Positions 28,001-41,536 of a stretch of DNA of 64,000 nt are shown here, piece by piece. The notes under the pieces were generated by a model. It made no database searches and was not told the DNA's origin. It saw only the letters and a program-made list of their open reading frames with translations. Origin of the DNA: Mizuhopecten yessoensis (Eukaryota); NCBI RefSeq assembly GCF_002113885.1, contig NW_018408484.1, forward strand, positions 40,799 to 104,798, in the 5' to 3' direction. Positions within the stretch are counted from its first letter, which is position 1; the number at the start of each line of letters is the position of its first letter. A program made the position numbers and the translations under genes.

Positions 28001-29408
28001 CTGTCTAAACCCGATACTCTATATGTAACTGTCTAAACCCGATACTATATATGTTACTGTCTCAACCCGATACTATATATGTCACTGTCTTAACCCGATA
28101 CTTTATATGTCACTGTCTAAACCCGATACTAGATATGTCACTGTCTAAACCCGATACTAGATATGTCACTGTCTAAACCCGATACTAGATATGTCACTGT
28201 CTAAACCCGATACTATGTATGTCACTGTCTAACCCCGATACTATGTATGTCACTGTCTAAACCCAATACTCTATATGTCACTGTCTAAACCCGACACTAT
28301 ATATATCACTGTCTAAACCCGATACTTTATATGTCACTGTCTAAACCCGATACTCTATATGTCACTGTCTAAACTTAATACTATATATGTCACGGTCTAA
28401 ACCCGATACTATGTATGTCACTGTCTCAACCCGATACTATATATGTCACTGTCTGAACCCGAGACTATATATGTAACTGTCTAAACCCGATACTATATAT
28501 GCCACTGTCTAAACCCGATACTATTTATGTCACTGTCTAAACCCGATACTCTATATGTCACTGTCTAAACCCGATACTATATATATCACTGTCTAAACCC
28601 GATACTATATATGTGACTGTCTAAACCCGATACTATATATGTTACTGTCTCAACCCGATACTATATATGTCACTGTCTACACCCGATACTATATATGTCA
28701 CTGTCTACACCCGATACTATATATGTCACTGTCTACACCCGATACTATATATGTCACTGTCTAATCCCGATACTATGTATGTCACTGTCTAACCCCGATA
28801 CTATGTATGTCACTGTCTAACCCCGATACTATATATGTCACTATCTAACCCCGATACTATAAATGTCACTGTCTAAACCCGATACTATATATGTTACTGT
28901 CTCAACCCGATACTATATATGTCACTGTCTCAACCCGACACTATATATGTCACTGTCTAAACTTAATACTATATATGTCACTGTCTAAACCCGATACTAT
29001 ATATGTCACTATCTAAACCCGATACTATAAATGTCACTGTCTAAACCCGATACTCTATATGTCACTGTCTAAACTTAATACTATATATGTCACTGTCTAA
29101 ACCCGATACTATATATGTCACTGTCTAAACTCGATACTATATATGTCACTGTCTAAACCTGATACTATATATGTCACTGTCTAAACCCGACACTATATAT
29201 ATCACTGTCTAAACCCGATACTATATATGTCACTGTTTAAACCCGACACTATACATGTCACTGTCTAAACCCGATAATATATATGTCACTGTCTAAACTC
29301 GATACTATATATGTCACTGTCTAAACCCGACACTATATATATCACTGTCTAAACCCGATACTATATATGTCCCTGTCTATACCCGATACTATATATGTTA
29401 CTGTCTAA
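25079..29408. repeat. 28-bp minisatellite, ~150 copies
   Basis: Unit TACTATATATGTCACTGTCTAAACCCGA. Confidence 0.97.
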
Positions 29409-30565
29409 GTGTTCTCCTGAAGTGGACGCAGCTCAACCCGATCACTACATATCGATAGTTTAGTCAGATGTCCTGGGTTCAGGTTCCTGGCGGACGCATT
29501 TTCCTCCTGCTCATTAATTTCAGTATTAAAGAGTTTCAACGGATAAATTTAAAACAATTGTGCAGGACGAAGTCGACGTATAGGACGAGGGAAAATATCA
29601 CTTCTGGTATGTCCCTATTTTTGAGCAGATGCATAGATTTACATCAATATGTCATGATGATGTTTATGTTGTTGTACAAGTATTTCAAGGAAAAGTAAGG
29701 ATATAGCGTAAAAGGTTGAGAGAAAAAAAATCGCATTTAAAATTTATATCATTATAACCGGCACGGGAAACCTCTTTTTTTCGGGAATAACGTCAGAGAA
29801 AAAACATTTGTTAGAAAAATCAAATACTGTAGTGTTGTGTTGAAACATCCTGTTCTATAATTATAATTATAATTTACTCATATACGTCAATATGCCTAGA
29901 ATAATAAATGATGTTTTTGATAGACCCCATGTTGAATTATGCATTTACTATTATTTCGGAGCAACACTTTAATATAAAGCAATATATACAAACAGGACTA
30001 CAACGTCATTCTGATATTGGAATTGCTAAAGAAAAACAAGAAAAAGAACATAGAATAATCTATATCAGATCTATTCAATAACTCATTTCCGCTCTACCAG
30101 TGGTTCAAGAAACGGGGTTTCCCTCCTTGGGCCCCACTCAGTTTCATAAAGAGAAAAGGAACGCGTTTCTATTTATAGTTTTGTATTTCAGTACTAGACT
30201 AACGTCATCAATACTATAATCCTGGGTGTTTGGAATTCAGATTTATTAATCAAAATTAGTCTCCTCCTCCTTCTCCTTATGTCAGAAACACATAAAGTAA
30301 TAATATCATGTCATAATTTGGAGGATCTGGTGGAAATATCATTAGAAACTGTCATGTAACGATCACTAATTGGAAAACCTTGATAATCACATAACCATTA
30401 CACGACATCCCATTTTTTTCAATTACAATTGTTTAAAATCGTTATAAAAGAGTATCGGGAGAAACTGGTCTCATTTCAGAGAAGATTGTTGACCTGTAAC
30501 CACCAATATGAATTCTGTACCTCTGGCTTAATGTTTTAACCAGCAAAATGAGAAAATGTTACTAA

Positions 30566-30671
30566 AGCCCCTATCTAAGATACACGATTTAAGAAACTGC
30601 GAACACGATTTAAGAAAAGTTGAAAAATTGTGTTGATTCGTGTTCAGATTCGTGAATGTGAGATCGGGGCT
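30566..30671. mobile_element. ~106-bp MITE (PIF/Harbinger-like) inserted in the GPCR pseudo-exon
   Basis: Terminal inverted repeats AGCCCCTATCTAAGATACACGA / TCGTGAATGTGAGATCGGGGCT flanked by TAA and TTA. Confidence 0.65.
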
Positions 30672-32302
30672 TTAACCTCGAAACGTGCAAGTCCTAGTTT
30701 TACTCCTGCAGCAGTAGGTCATCAAATGTTTTCCGTAGATGTGATAGTTTGTGTAAATATAACGATGATTATTGTCACGATACAGAAACAAAAATCGTTG
30801 AAAAAGACAAGTCGGAAAAGCATTCATTTCTGGAGAGAACGACATTTAATTTTACATCTCCTAAGAAGATTGATTCATGCTAGGAGCATTCATGTTGTCT
30901 GTGTGTGAGGCCAGTTAGAATGATGACGACACGAACCGGTAGTGTGTAGAGACCAGCACTAACAACATAAGGGATAGTGTGCCTGTGTCTGATGTAAAAA
31001 CAAATATCACATACAAAAAAAGGAATTGTGCAAAATGCAACAACGTTCGTGAAATGATTCCCTGGAAATTGACGTTTTCCTGTTGAACTCATTACTATGA
31101 CTTATTTTAACAAAATGCTCACTAATACAATCAGGGACAAAGTCAACTCTCCGCTTTGCAGTCATAATTTCGTCCCTACCGATGAGTTCAGGGAACGCTA
31201 TTGATCACCATTATTGAAATGCCTACTTACCCCATCTGCGTCACAGGCTAGCTACAATTTCCGTGAAGACCGTACCATGGCACCAGCTGTTCTACGGTAT
31301 ATACTTGATAATAAAACGTATCCATTCAGGAATGTTCAATGTACTGTTGAGGAAAATGATTCAGAAATCGCTGAGGTATTTTGTTTCCCGATAATATCAA
31401 TATATACGCCTTCAATAACAATATTGAAATTTAAGCAGTCTGGTAGACGTTTCCGCGTTGTAAAAACAAAATTGAAGATATGCTGACGTGCAATGAAACA
31501 GAAATATACCTTTCAGAAACAGTGTAACGATTATGTTCATCAACATAGTTTATTTAGATGAAACACATTACAGCACAACCAGAAATAACACATATATAAC
31601 ACAATACAACATGACCAGAATTGACGCTTAATATCATATTCAGAAATATGCATAGATGTGTTTGTTTGCTTGTTTTTCTTCAACGGCCCATCGCCAACTG
31701 TAGTCATTTAGGGCTTGGATAAGTTTGCTCTTTACAGAAAAAAACCCAATCAGAGTAAATAGCAAATTATATGTAAAAAGCAAGGAGATAGAATAACAAA
31801 ATTTGATTCAATAGAACGTATGGCTAAAATAGTAAGTTTGAATGTATATTTACCGCTGGCTGGAATGGGCATGTCGGTTACAATTATCACGTCTTTTACA
31901 ATATATCAATGTCCTTTGGTAGCAGAGTACAGTAGAAATGGCTTGATCCTAAAAATAAAGGGCATGTCTCAGATAAACATGGATAGCGGATGTATCCTGC
32001 ACAACACACCTACATATATATACATATTTATAAACTACATTTTGAATACATTTATTTTAGAAGATTTTTTTTCTTTTCAAAAAGTGATTTCCCCAGATTT
32101 GGGACTTGTGAAAACCATGGTTACTACATCAAAAAACTCCAATAAATGCAAAAAACACATGATTTTTGACCCAAAATTTGACCCAAAAAAAATATTTTTC
32201 TTCTTNCTACATGAAAATCTAGCGTTTCTTGTGTAGACACAGATTTGTAAATGGCCATAAATGTAGTCTCAAACCAAATTCGATTTTTTTTAAATGTGAA
32301 GC

Positions 32303-32450
32303 CCACATAGTCCTATTCATCATGTATATGCCAATTTTAGTGTTGATTTTTTTTTTAACTTTGATACATGTAATATATTACATGTGTTATTCACTGTACA
32401 AAAATATCACCCATGGCCACCGTACGCTACTGTACACTGCTACCTTTACA
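32303..32450 (+). mobile_element. end of a dispersed non-autonomous DNA element; second copy at ~46418-46562
   Basis: Both copies share CACATAGTCC..TTCAT.ATGTATATG..AATATCACCCATGGCC..CGTACGCTACTGTACACTGCTACCTTTA. Confidence 0.75.
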
Positions 32451-35400
32451 GTGTTTCAAAAGGGTCATATTTTACGGACTAGACAACTGTTTTCATATCC
32501 AGGACTTATTTATTGAAAATGCATCTAAAATCCGAATATTGTCTTCAAAATTGCTCCACTGTAAATGGCGAGTGATATTCTTTGCATATAGGTGGATTTC
32601 ATCGTTAAAATTATACGAATTAATGGGGTAACAGTACACGTATGCCCAGTATGGAGCTGATAGGGCGAAAATCTCATCGATCTTTTCGACTGGGCGTACA
32701 AGTTTGAAGTTTTGGATGCACTTAAACAAAAATATTACTGTATATTAAATTTTACATTTTTAATGGTAGAATTTCCAATGGCAGATAAAAAAACACTGGA
32801 TTTCTCTTGGTCATGTATTGTCAATGAGCGAACATCGGGTATGTTGTAATCAGCTATATTAGCAGTTTTGTTGGGCAGGACGGGAACTTTGTTTGGATAA
32901 CCAAATGTCGGTGATGGTTCATTCGCTTCCACGTAAACATTTTTTCACTTATGTTATTGTAAACGGTCCAAATGCAAGACACTGTTTTTGGTTAAGGATT
33001 CAATAAATCTAGACCTTAAAACGATATTATTATTTTTTTTTATCGGATAAAAAGTAATCAGCATAGACTCAAAAGCGTTTAGCACGCCTAAATTTAAAAT
33101 GAAATCGAAGGACTTGACCAGGTAAGGTTTTGGTACATGTCCTGGTAATAAGTCTCATATGGAGAAAAAAAATCGAGCGAAAGAAGAACAGAGTTTGTCC
33201 CATTGTATGCCAACGAACGCAATACGAAATCGTCAAATAGGGATTCAGTCATTTTCATGATTTCATCCTCAGTATAATTCATCTCGGTCCTTTTCTTAAT
33301 TTTACGAAATATATTCTGCCTTTCTAAGAAAGTAAAACTCTTATGATGAATGAGTTTTGAGAAACATCAACTATTCAGTCGTTATAGAACGTGTGCTCCA
33401 CTAACTTCTATAACACCAGAAAGAGCTCACTTTACACGATAGACAACTTTGGGAATTTAACAGTTCAGGCATTCAAAGTTCCTGGTTCATTTTTAAAGAA
33501 TATATCGTAAGTCATGTCTGCAACTTTAATTCCGTATTTAAAAATAAACGATACATTCCATGATGGTCAGATATCATGAATGTATATAATTAGATGTCAT
33601 GGTATGGTATCAAGAATAAATATAATAACACAGCATGACCTGATACTACGCATATATAGTGAACCATATCCGATTCAACACAGTAAGATAATGATCAAAC
33701 ATCATGCACTAATCAGAATAAAGCAGATACCACCAATGAATACACCATGACTACATACCAAGCTTAAAATAAGTATCAGAATACAACATGAACATTGTTT
33801 TCAATAGCGTATGTATACGAATGCAAAGTGTTATATTAAGTCCGTTGGACATTTATATGTATGGCGGACCAACATCAGTATTAAAAGTTATAGAATTCAT
33901 ACATTGTGCATCATATTAACTCGTTGTTATGAGATTTTACTTAGGTTGTTAAATAAAAGATACATTCTTTGACCCATTTCTATAATACATAAACAATTAG
34001 ACATCGTCAATATATGATACATTTATATTTTTAATATGTTTGATATTTAATCATTCAACGCTTGTCAACGAATTTTGAAAGAAAAAGTGGTGTGAAAAAT
34101 AACTATTTAAACTCTTCAACAAAAACCAAAACAGTTTTTGAACCAAGACACCCTGCAAATCCTAGATCTGCACACGTAACAAAACGCAGCATGCTAGTGA
34201 CGTCATCATCGTATTCTTAACTTATTAATTTCTTTTGCAGGTTGGCTGTCATCGACTTTACTGTCCATACCCTTTTCAGCAATATCATGGAGAAGGTGTA
34301 GACTTGAAGCAAAGCTCTATTCAGATGCTTGATTTTTTATTTCAAGTTAACAAAACAAGTGATAAAATCATTATAATAAACATTAATGACGTAATTGATG
34401 ATGTATTGGTGAAGCAGTCCTACATCGAACGTGTAGTACATATGCCACTATATTCTGAGCCGAACGTGGCTATTATAGGAAATTATGCTATATCGGGTAA
34501 GCATTGTTCCCTTATCAAAACCCAATTTCCTCCGAATCGAGAAAAAATCTCAGAACTGCTTTTGAATTATTCTGATATTTGGCAAACTGATGGATAGGTT
34601 ATATAGACGACGTCGAAAAAGCCTCAAGTAGAAGCAACATCTCTGTCCAGAATCCTAAGTATATCCCCAGTGTGTATCCTGTCGAGACCGACATCCTTAT
34701 TGCTGCAGTAAGAGTAGTAATCCTCCTCCTCGAGACATGTGCTCGACAGTGACTTCAATCCAGGGAGAACAGTCTCTACCTCAGCGAGGTGTCAATCAAG
34801 CCGGCTGATACTATACAACACCATGGCCATCATTTTATTTGTGTTGAAACATTTTTAACAAATTATCTGCAGAAGAGCACCAACTACTTGTCGGAATATA
34901 ATAGATCGATCCTTCATGCGACTTGTGCATGTATTTCCATCATTTGTTTGATGTGTAGTATTATTCAGTAGTGTTTCATTCCATTTTTGAAAAATGAAAA
35001 GTCACACCTGACGATCGAACTGATCTTTTTCCTTTTATTGGCCCAAGTCTGTCTCCTCCTTACCTACCTGTTTTCATTTGGTGACGAATTTTGTAAGTGG
35101 TTTGGCATAATACACCATTTTGCATGGCTTGATTCTTATGATGCTACAGTTTCTTTATTCCTTTCGCTTGAATTACTACCTTTATATATTATACATTGAC
35201 AGAAGAAAACCTTCATTACAGTAAAATATTGTTTGATTGCCACCATATTCACGTTTTTAATTGTGTTTGGCACACAACTGACCTATATAACTGCAGACCC
35301 TGATAAGCAATGGTACGGCGGCAGAGTCTGCTTTATTTCACACACATTGGCTTCACTGTTTGCGCTCGTCGTTCCCGTATGTTTGATATTGTGAGGGAAC

Positions 35401-36298
35401 CTCGTCACATTCTTTATGCTGATACGTCTGATCTCCTCAACATCAATCGTAAAGGCTAACAGATATAATAAATCCAACGTTCTCGTATTTGCTAAAATAT
35501 CCTCAAGCATGGGGTGGAGTTCGATTGTAGGATTAGTTGGTGTCATGGCGGACGTTGAAGTGCTATTTGTGACTTTTAAAGTACTGGTCAGTCTAAAAGG
35601 AGTATTGCTAATGCTCAGTGTCGTCTGCAATGGTCGTGTAAAGAGCTTCTACAAAGGCCTCATAAAGCAAAGACAACTACAACATCTGGGCAGATCAACA
35701 AATACGACCAATGTGAATACGGTTTCACACACGCCTATGCCAGATATGTGTACATCACTCCACTAAAAAGTTATGATTTTTATATTTTGTTTCATTCTAG
35801 ATAAGTTTAAGTCGACGTACGATAAAGGATATGAATATTTGCGTAATGTTCAGTATTACACCAAATAAGTTTAGAGGGAAATGCGAGAGGAAAGTTAAAT
35901 ATTGTACATTGATGAATAATATATTTTGATTTGATTGAAACTGTACACAGTTATTGTTATTACATGCGTGCCCAACACACACTACAGGCTTAGTGTACTA
36001 GCTTTATTGTATACAATGTAGATATGATATCAGGATTTCTTTGTGATCTGTAGGGCCTTTAAAGTACACTAGCAAAATCCTAAACTTCAAATGTCACTAA
36101 AACAGTTATGTTTTTATGATTTTGTCAAAACAGTGAATGGTTATTGTGCGTTCATATGAATCGAAAACTAGTGTTACAGTTATACGAACGTTTGTTAAAA
36201 CCTTTGTCGTGACTGCGATGTTCTTGACCCCGGAAAAAAATGTTACCTTTTAGGAATATTTGATTTTGTGTTTGATTTGTGTAGAACGACAGAAGATG

Positions 36299-36432
36299 GC
36301 TGTTATTGTGTCTCCTATACAGTTGTTATCGTTGCCTTGAGATTGCTGTTATTGTGTCTCCTATACAGTTGTTATCGTTGCCTTGAGATTGCTGTTATTG
36401 TGTCTCCTATACAGTTGCTATCGTTGCCTTGA
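36299..36432. repeat. 46-bp tandem repeat, ~3 copies
   Basis: GCTGTTATTGTGTCTCCTATACAGTTGTTATCGTTGCCTTGAGATT. Confidence 0.92.
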
Positions 36433-37800
36433 TATAATGTTTTCATTCTGCCCGTTTCTTTTTATGTTGATTTCGCGTGAAATCGACTTCAGTTATACGT
36501 CCAGTCAATATCAATAATGTCTGGTATTTAAGAGCAACATGGATTTTAATTGTTACTAAGTTACCAAGGAGATATTTAATTACATTGTGTGTAAGAAGAT
36601 TGTGTTTTATAAGAGGGATATGGTGTTCAGAATTAACAATGCACATTTTTAACATGTAGACATTTCAACCAATATGATAGAACTAATTCAACAGTTACAC
36701 TTTAGTTTGCTATATCCCTACAGAGACCATACAATAAGAATTTGAAAAAAATACGATTAGTGTCAAAAGGTTGTTTGTTGTTATCGTATTGAATAAACAT
36801 ATGAAAATATAAAACATGAAGTCTACATAGGATTTTTTTCAATATGCTGTGACTCATTAACGGAGACGCTGACCTGTGCTTTAATGAAAAATATAACTAA
36901 TGTTTACTGATATTTATACCACATTGCCGAGTCGAATGAATGGCTGGTCGATCAGATGATGTCGTGTGAGGATGTAGAGCTAACCGACATTCCGTTGGAT
37001 GCGAACTGAACTAAGAGTAAGTGCAATCTTTTATGACATCTTATATGGTCAGTAGTCCCATGGATATATGGGAATTATCTCCCTTGACACATGTAGTCAG
37101 TATAATAGAATTGCTGCAGGTTTTGCAATGAAAATATATTTTGTTGTAAAGAAATTAAAATGTCTACAAGCGTGATAGCATATGTGTATTATATTTATGT
37201 TAATGAATAGGGAATTCAATAAAAAAAACATTTTGTGTAGCAAGTCTATGGTTTAATATACTAATCACAAATATTCATATGGGTGATTACATTCATTTCC
37301 CAACCCTCGTGTAACTTGATATTTCGCATGTTCCTTTTTAGTTGGAAACAAAATCTTAACAATCTATAACACCACTTGTTTGGTATTTTATGGTCTGAAT
37401 TTAGCCAATATTTCATCCATGCTTTGTGGCTTTTAACAATAGTTTGACCACCAGCTCGAACAACCCCGTCAGTAATTGTATAACATAGTTTGCTTTTTTT
37501 GCGAACGGAATTTCATAGCGGTAATTGTATTCTTTAATCTGGGAAATCGTGAACGGTAATCCATGAACCTTATTAAAACTGTTCCCTTCCAGAAATTCAG
37601 TCTAGATTTTTAACGTTAAACACAGGATTTCTGAACAGATGTTCAGACACGTCTAAATGACCACGAGCTCATCCTTAACAACACTTTTCCCCGATTTATT
37701 TGTCTTTGAAGCCTCGGAAAGGACATGCCTCCAGGTAGCAGGAGTGTATTTCATATCTGTGTATTTGATTTTGTTATTTTACAATCGAGTCAGTATTGCA

Positions 37801-38135
37801 TTATTAAACATACATAATGCGGCTGTGTAGATGATGTCCACTTTCATTTTACATTAAACATACATAGTACCGTTGTATCGATGATGTACACTTTCATTTT
37901 ACATTAAACATACATAATGCCGCTGTGTCGATGATGTACACTTTCATTTTACATTAAACATACATAGTACCGTTGTGTCGATGATGTACACTTTCATTTT
38001 AAATTAAAAATACAAAATGCCGCTGTGTCGATGATGTACACTTTCAGTTTACATTAAATATACATAGTACCGCTGTGTCGATGATGTACACTTTCATTTT
38101 ACATTAAACATACAAAATGCCGCTGTGTCGATGAC
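37801..38135. repeat. 50-bp minisatellite, ~6.5 copies, alternating variants
   Basis: ACATTAAACATACA(TAGTAC/TAATGC/AAATGC)CGCTGTGTCGATGATGTACACTTTCATTTT. Confidence 0.93.
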
Positions 38136-38649
38136 ATCCCATTTCAATATAATATACATTGTAGTACTGGTATATGTGTGATGCCACGGTAGAACACACA
38201 TTTTGAGATGCGTTGTTCAGTTAAAACCTGGCCATCTCATTTGTCTGATGGGTTTCTTAATGAACTACAGCAGCATTCAAAAAATGGAACATGTATATCA
38301 CTTTAAAATGTTATAATGAAAGTCCTTAGATTTGTTACGATATACAGAAATACATGTTGTAAATTCAAGTAAACGATTACGCAAATAACACTTTAAACTG
38401 AAAAGAAAGATAAAAACAAGAAGACATTTAAACAAATAATAGCACTTTCAAACCAAAGAAGTTCCGGAAGGGTGCTATAAAATCAATAAGATAAACTTAC
38501 AAAAAAATCTTTCCGTGTCAAACAATGTATAAACCTTTACATTATTCATTTATTTTAATCCAAAGTGGATTACTTTTAAGACGGAAATAAAATTATATGG
38601 TTAAAAATCATAGTAAGTCTTCCTTTCGACCATACCACAGGTGAGTACC

Positions 38650-39240
38650 GTCATCACAGAAGCGGCCAAGAAATTATCACTGTTGACTATGTCCATTTCA
38701 GGGTCACTCGGCTGGAATAACAGGAACAGAAAAGTATTTGTAATTCCAGCATCACAATGAATCAAACACACTCCTGGTTTTGTCTCCACGTCAAGATTTA
38801 ACAACCCTTGCTTCAATATCAACAAATAACAGGACAGTGAAGGATTGGGATTCCTGTGTCAGGGGAGGCAACTCTTATATAGAACTAACATTTGCCACGG
38901 ATTCCCCTTTGCAGCTGTTATTTAATATAAATATATATATCCATGAAATACTATGTTATCGTAACATATTTGCTATTATTTAGATACTACTTTTTTTGAA
39001 AATGATTTTAATTTTATGGATAGCAACAGTTTTCATAAGATGTTTCTGAAACGGCTCATGCGCAGTGAACCTTTATGAGACAGCCATCTTTTAACCAAAT
39101 TGCTTCCCTTATTTTAAATATATATGAAATTGCAACTTCAGTCATCATTTTTAAGTCGAATGGGTTACAAAATGACACGGAAACAATGATAATGGAAGTC
39201 ATGGTGTACGCTGAGGGATCACTAGACATATGTAGTAAGG
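38650..39240 (+). pseudogene. possible decayed cadherin-repeat exons
   Basis: Frameshifted motifs FNIN, DWDS..YIELTFATDS..INIYIHE, then QPSFNQIASLILNIYE and DNGSHG resemble the cadherin motifs LDRE-YxLxVxATD, PxFxxxxYxxxVxE and DxDxGxNG. Confidence 0.33.
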
Positions 39241-40435
39241 AAGCATTGTTTAGTATACAATTATTTAGTTTGTCGAAGTAGAAAGCCAACCAAGTAAGTC
39301 TCTTACTGCACAATATGACCGTTTGCATTTATTTAGGACACATCAGTGGTAGTAGGTGTCAAAAGAATAACAAAACATGTCTAAGAGTTCTCAAACAAGA
39401 TTGTAGAATACAGTAAAAAAAAAAGGCTGCCTAAAACCTGTATAAGATAGTAATGTATTTACAGTTTTTGGCTAAAAAAAGATATTTGCAGAAAGATTCC
39501 ATTCATCTGAAGATATAAAGGCCTTCTCGAAACTGTGTGCCTCATCAACGAAGGGAAAGTACTTTTATCTAAGAATGGATTTACTTCTCCCACTGTTTTT
39601 CTCCCTAAATACCTTTACTATTTACTGTGACAGCGTTTAATGTTGATGTTGGTTTCAGTCAAGAAAACGGACTGCCAGCAATGACATCAGTGTTAAAGTA
39701 AATTGAAGAGTTGTATTTAGCTCAAAATTAAATCATACATGTATACGTTAGCCGCTTTGAGTGCAACTATCAACTTGAAAGAATATTTATGTACAGGTAT
39801 TTCGTGACTATTAGAAACACCTCAGAATCTCCGATTCAACCACTATTGTATGTACTATTTCCTCGATCTTAATTATTTTGCATGCCGAGTTCGTTCACTC
39901 CAACTCTAGTTTTGTGATTTGTTATTGTGTGCGTTTCATATCTTGGTTATACTTTGTTTTGCAATATATATATAAACGCTATTGGAATATATCACGCTAT
40001 ATTATATTCGATTCGGAAAATGTGAATTACTATTTGAGAGATACTAATATACAGAAGTCCATATCTATTATGTTTGTTATATATATATAAATGACATAGA
40101 GCCACTAATAACGAAGGAAGACATATCATCCGGCCTCGAATTCACGGCCTACGGTGTTAATCGCCTAGCCTAGAAATATCCGTAGCTCAAAGAAGGAGCT
40201 CGTCTTGATAATCAGTGGTAAGGAAAAAATAAACATATTTGTGTTCATTATTGTAGAATATAAAATGTTGGAAAACAAATTTAACGAAGGTCTCTACGGC
40301 CTGAATTTAACATTTCACCAACATTTTCTGATCCCACGTTATATATCCCATCCTAATATACAAAATATACCCTGAAGTATGTACCAGGAAGTAAGGCAAT
40401 TTATCAAGGACATTCCCAAAGCGGATGTTAAACGC

Positions 40436-40567
40436 GAGTCAGACACTATTTTATTTTGAGTCAGACACTATCTTATTTTGAGTCAGACACTATCTTATTT
40501 TGAGTCAGACTCTATCTTATTTTGAGTCAGACACTATTTTATTTTGAGTCAGACACTATTTTATTTT
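40436..40567. repeat. 22-bp minisatellite, 6 copies, containing TGAGTCA
   Basis: GAGTCAGACACTAT(T/C)TTATTTT. Confidence 0.93.
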
Positions 40568-40619
40568 TTAGATAGCTCTATGCCATATCCTGACTACAGA
40601 ATGATCAACATTAATGATT

Positions 40620-41230
40620 TAACGATTGGTGGATACTTTGAACGGACCCGTTATTTTGAAAGTTAAACAGAAGGCGTGGATATAGCAAGTGAAAGTCTTA
40701 GAGTCAGACCAAGATACCTGGGATTCTGTGGATTTCAAGCGATACGTGTGATAACAAACATGGGCGATATACACCTTCAGTGATGCTAGCTATTCCGTCG
40801 AGGACATTCTGACGATTTTCAGATTCCTTTGTAATGTGTTAGACAGGCTTGTCCAACACGATTTATAAGTCAAAGCATTAAAATGAAGGTTTCTCAACAC
40901 GTCATTAACATACCTTGGACATGTAGTATCGGAAGACGGGATTGCCACCTATCCAAACATAGGATCGGATATGAAAAAATTGCATTCAGTTGCAACAAAA
41001 GGTGGTTTGTCAATGACTTCGTCAAAACAGCACAACGCAGAAATAAACTAGACTTTCCACGGGAAAGGAACGGTCTTTACAGTCCAAGAGGAGCGCCGAG
41101 TAAAACGTGGGTTATATTCTACAAGATGTATTTGATATAAAACACTGATTAGTGCTCTCGTACTTAATCATGCTGATTACCATCCATTGTGCTTGCATGC
41201 TAATGCTTTCAAAGCTCGTGGTACGAGGCT
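40620..41230 (+). mobile_element. decayed Ty3/Gypsy pol fragment (RT to RNase H linker)
   Basis: NVLDRLVQHDL*VKA, YLGHVVSEDGIATYP and IKTLISALVLNHADYHPLCLHANA resemble the Gypsy motifs VLxRLxxxGL, YLGHxVSxxGIxxDP and LKxxLxSAPVLxxPDxxxPFxLxTDAS. Confidence 0.75.
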
Positions 41231-41536
41231 GCTAAACATTCCATTTACAACAGGTCAAAGTCAAATCTGAAAATCTGTCACCACGTGTTGAACATGTTCG
41301 GTAATGGTATAACGTTGTATGAAGAACACGTGGAGGCGGGCAGAATTTTTAACACTACCACCAACCAAGGCAGGCAATCATTTATCAAATATATCTCTTT
41401 AAATACAATTTTGTTAGTCATAACAAACTAAAAGTAGATTTCTTATGTAATTTTTAAAATGTAAATTTATTGATTATACAAAGTATCATAAAATGTAGTT
41501 AGAATAATCAATTATAATTTCTATATGAAAATGTAC

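Larger units (their letters stand above)
30480..35766 (+). pseudogene. pseudogene of a lophotrochozoan family-B (adhesion/Methuselah-like, 7tm_2) GPCR with an SMB-like, Cys-rich ectodomain; at least 2 exons (~30480-31520 and 34241-35766)
   Basis: RCDSLCKYNDDYCHD (SMB-like, ~30738); VPVSDVKTNITYKKRNCAKCNNVREMIPW (~30978); CNETEIY then acceptor TTTTGCAG|GTTGGC CHRLYC; TM motifs CISIICL, FCKWFGIIHHFAWL, YGGRVCFI, VFAKISSSMGW and LKGVLLMLSVVCNGRV; multiple in-frame stops and frameshifts. Confidence 0.85.

Noticed and set aside
9878-29408. Regular arrays as CRISPR
   Set aside because: Head-to-tail units with no unique spacers, no cas genes, eukaryotic context
29420-29500. tRNA gene
   Set aside because: Only vague A/B-box resemblance and no cloverleaf; at most a decayed SINE head
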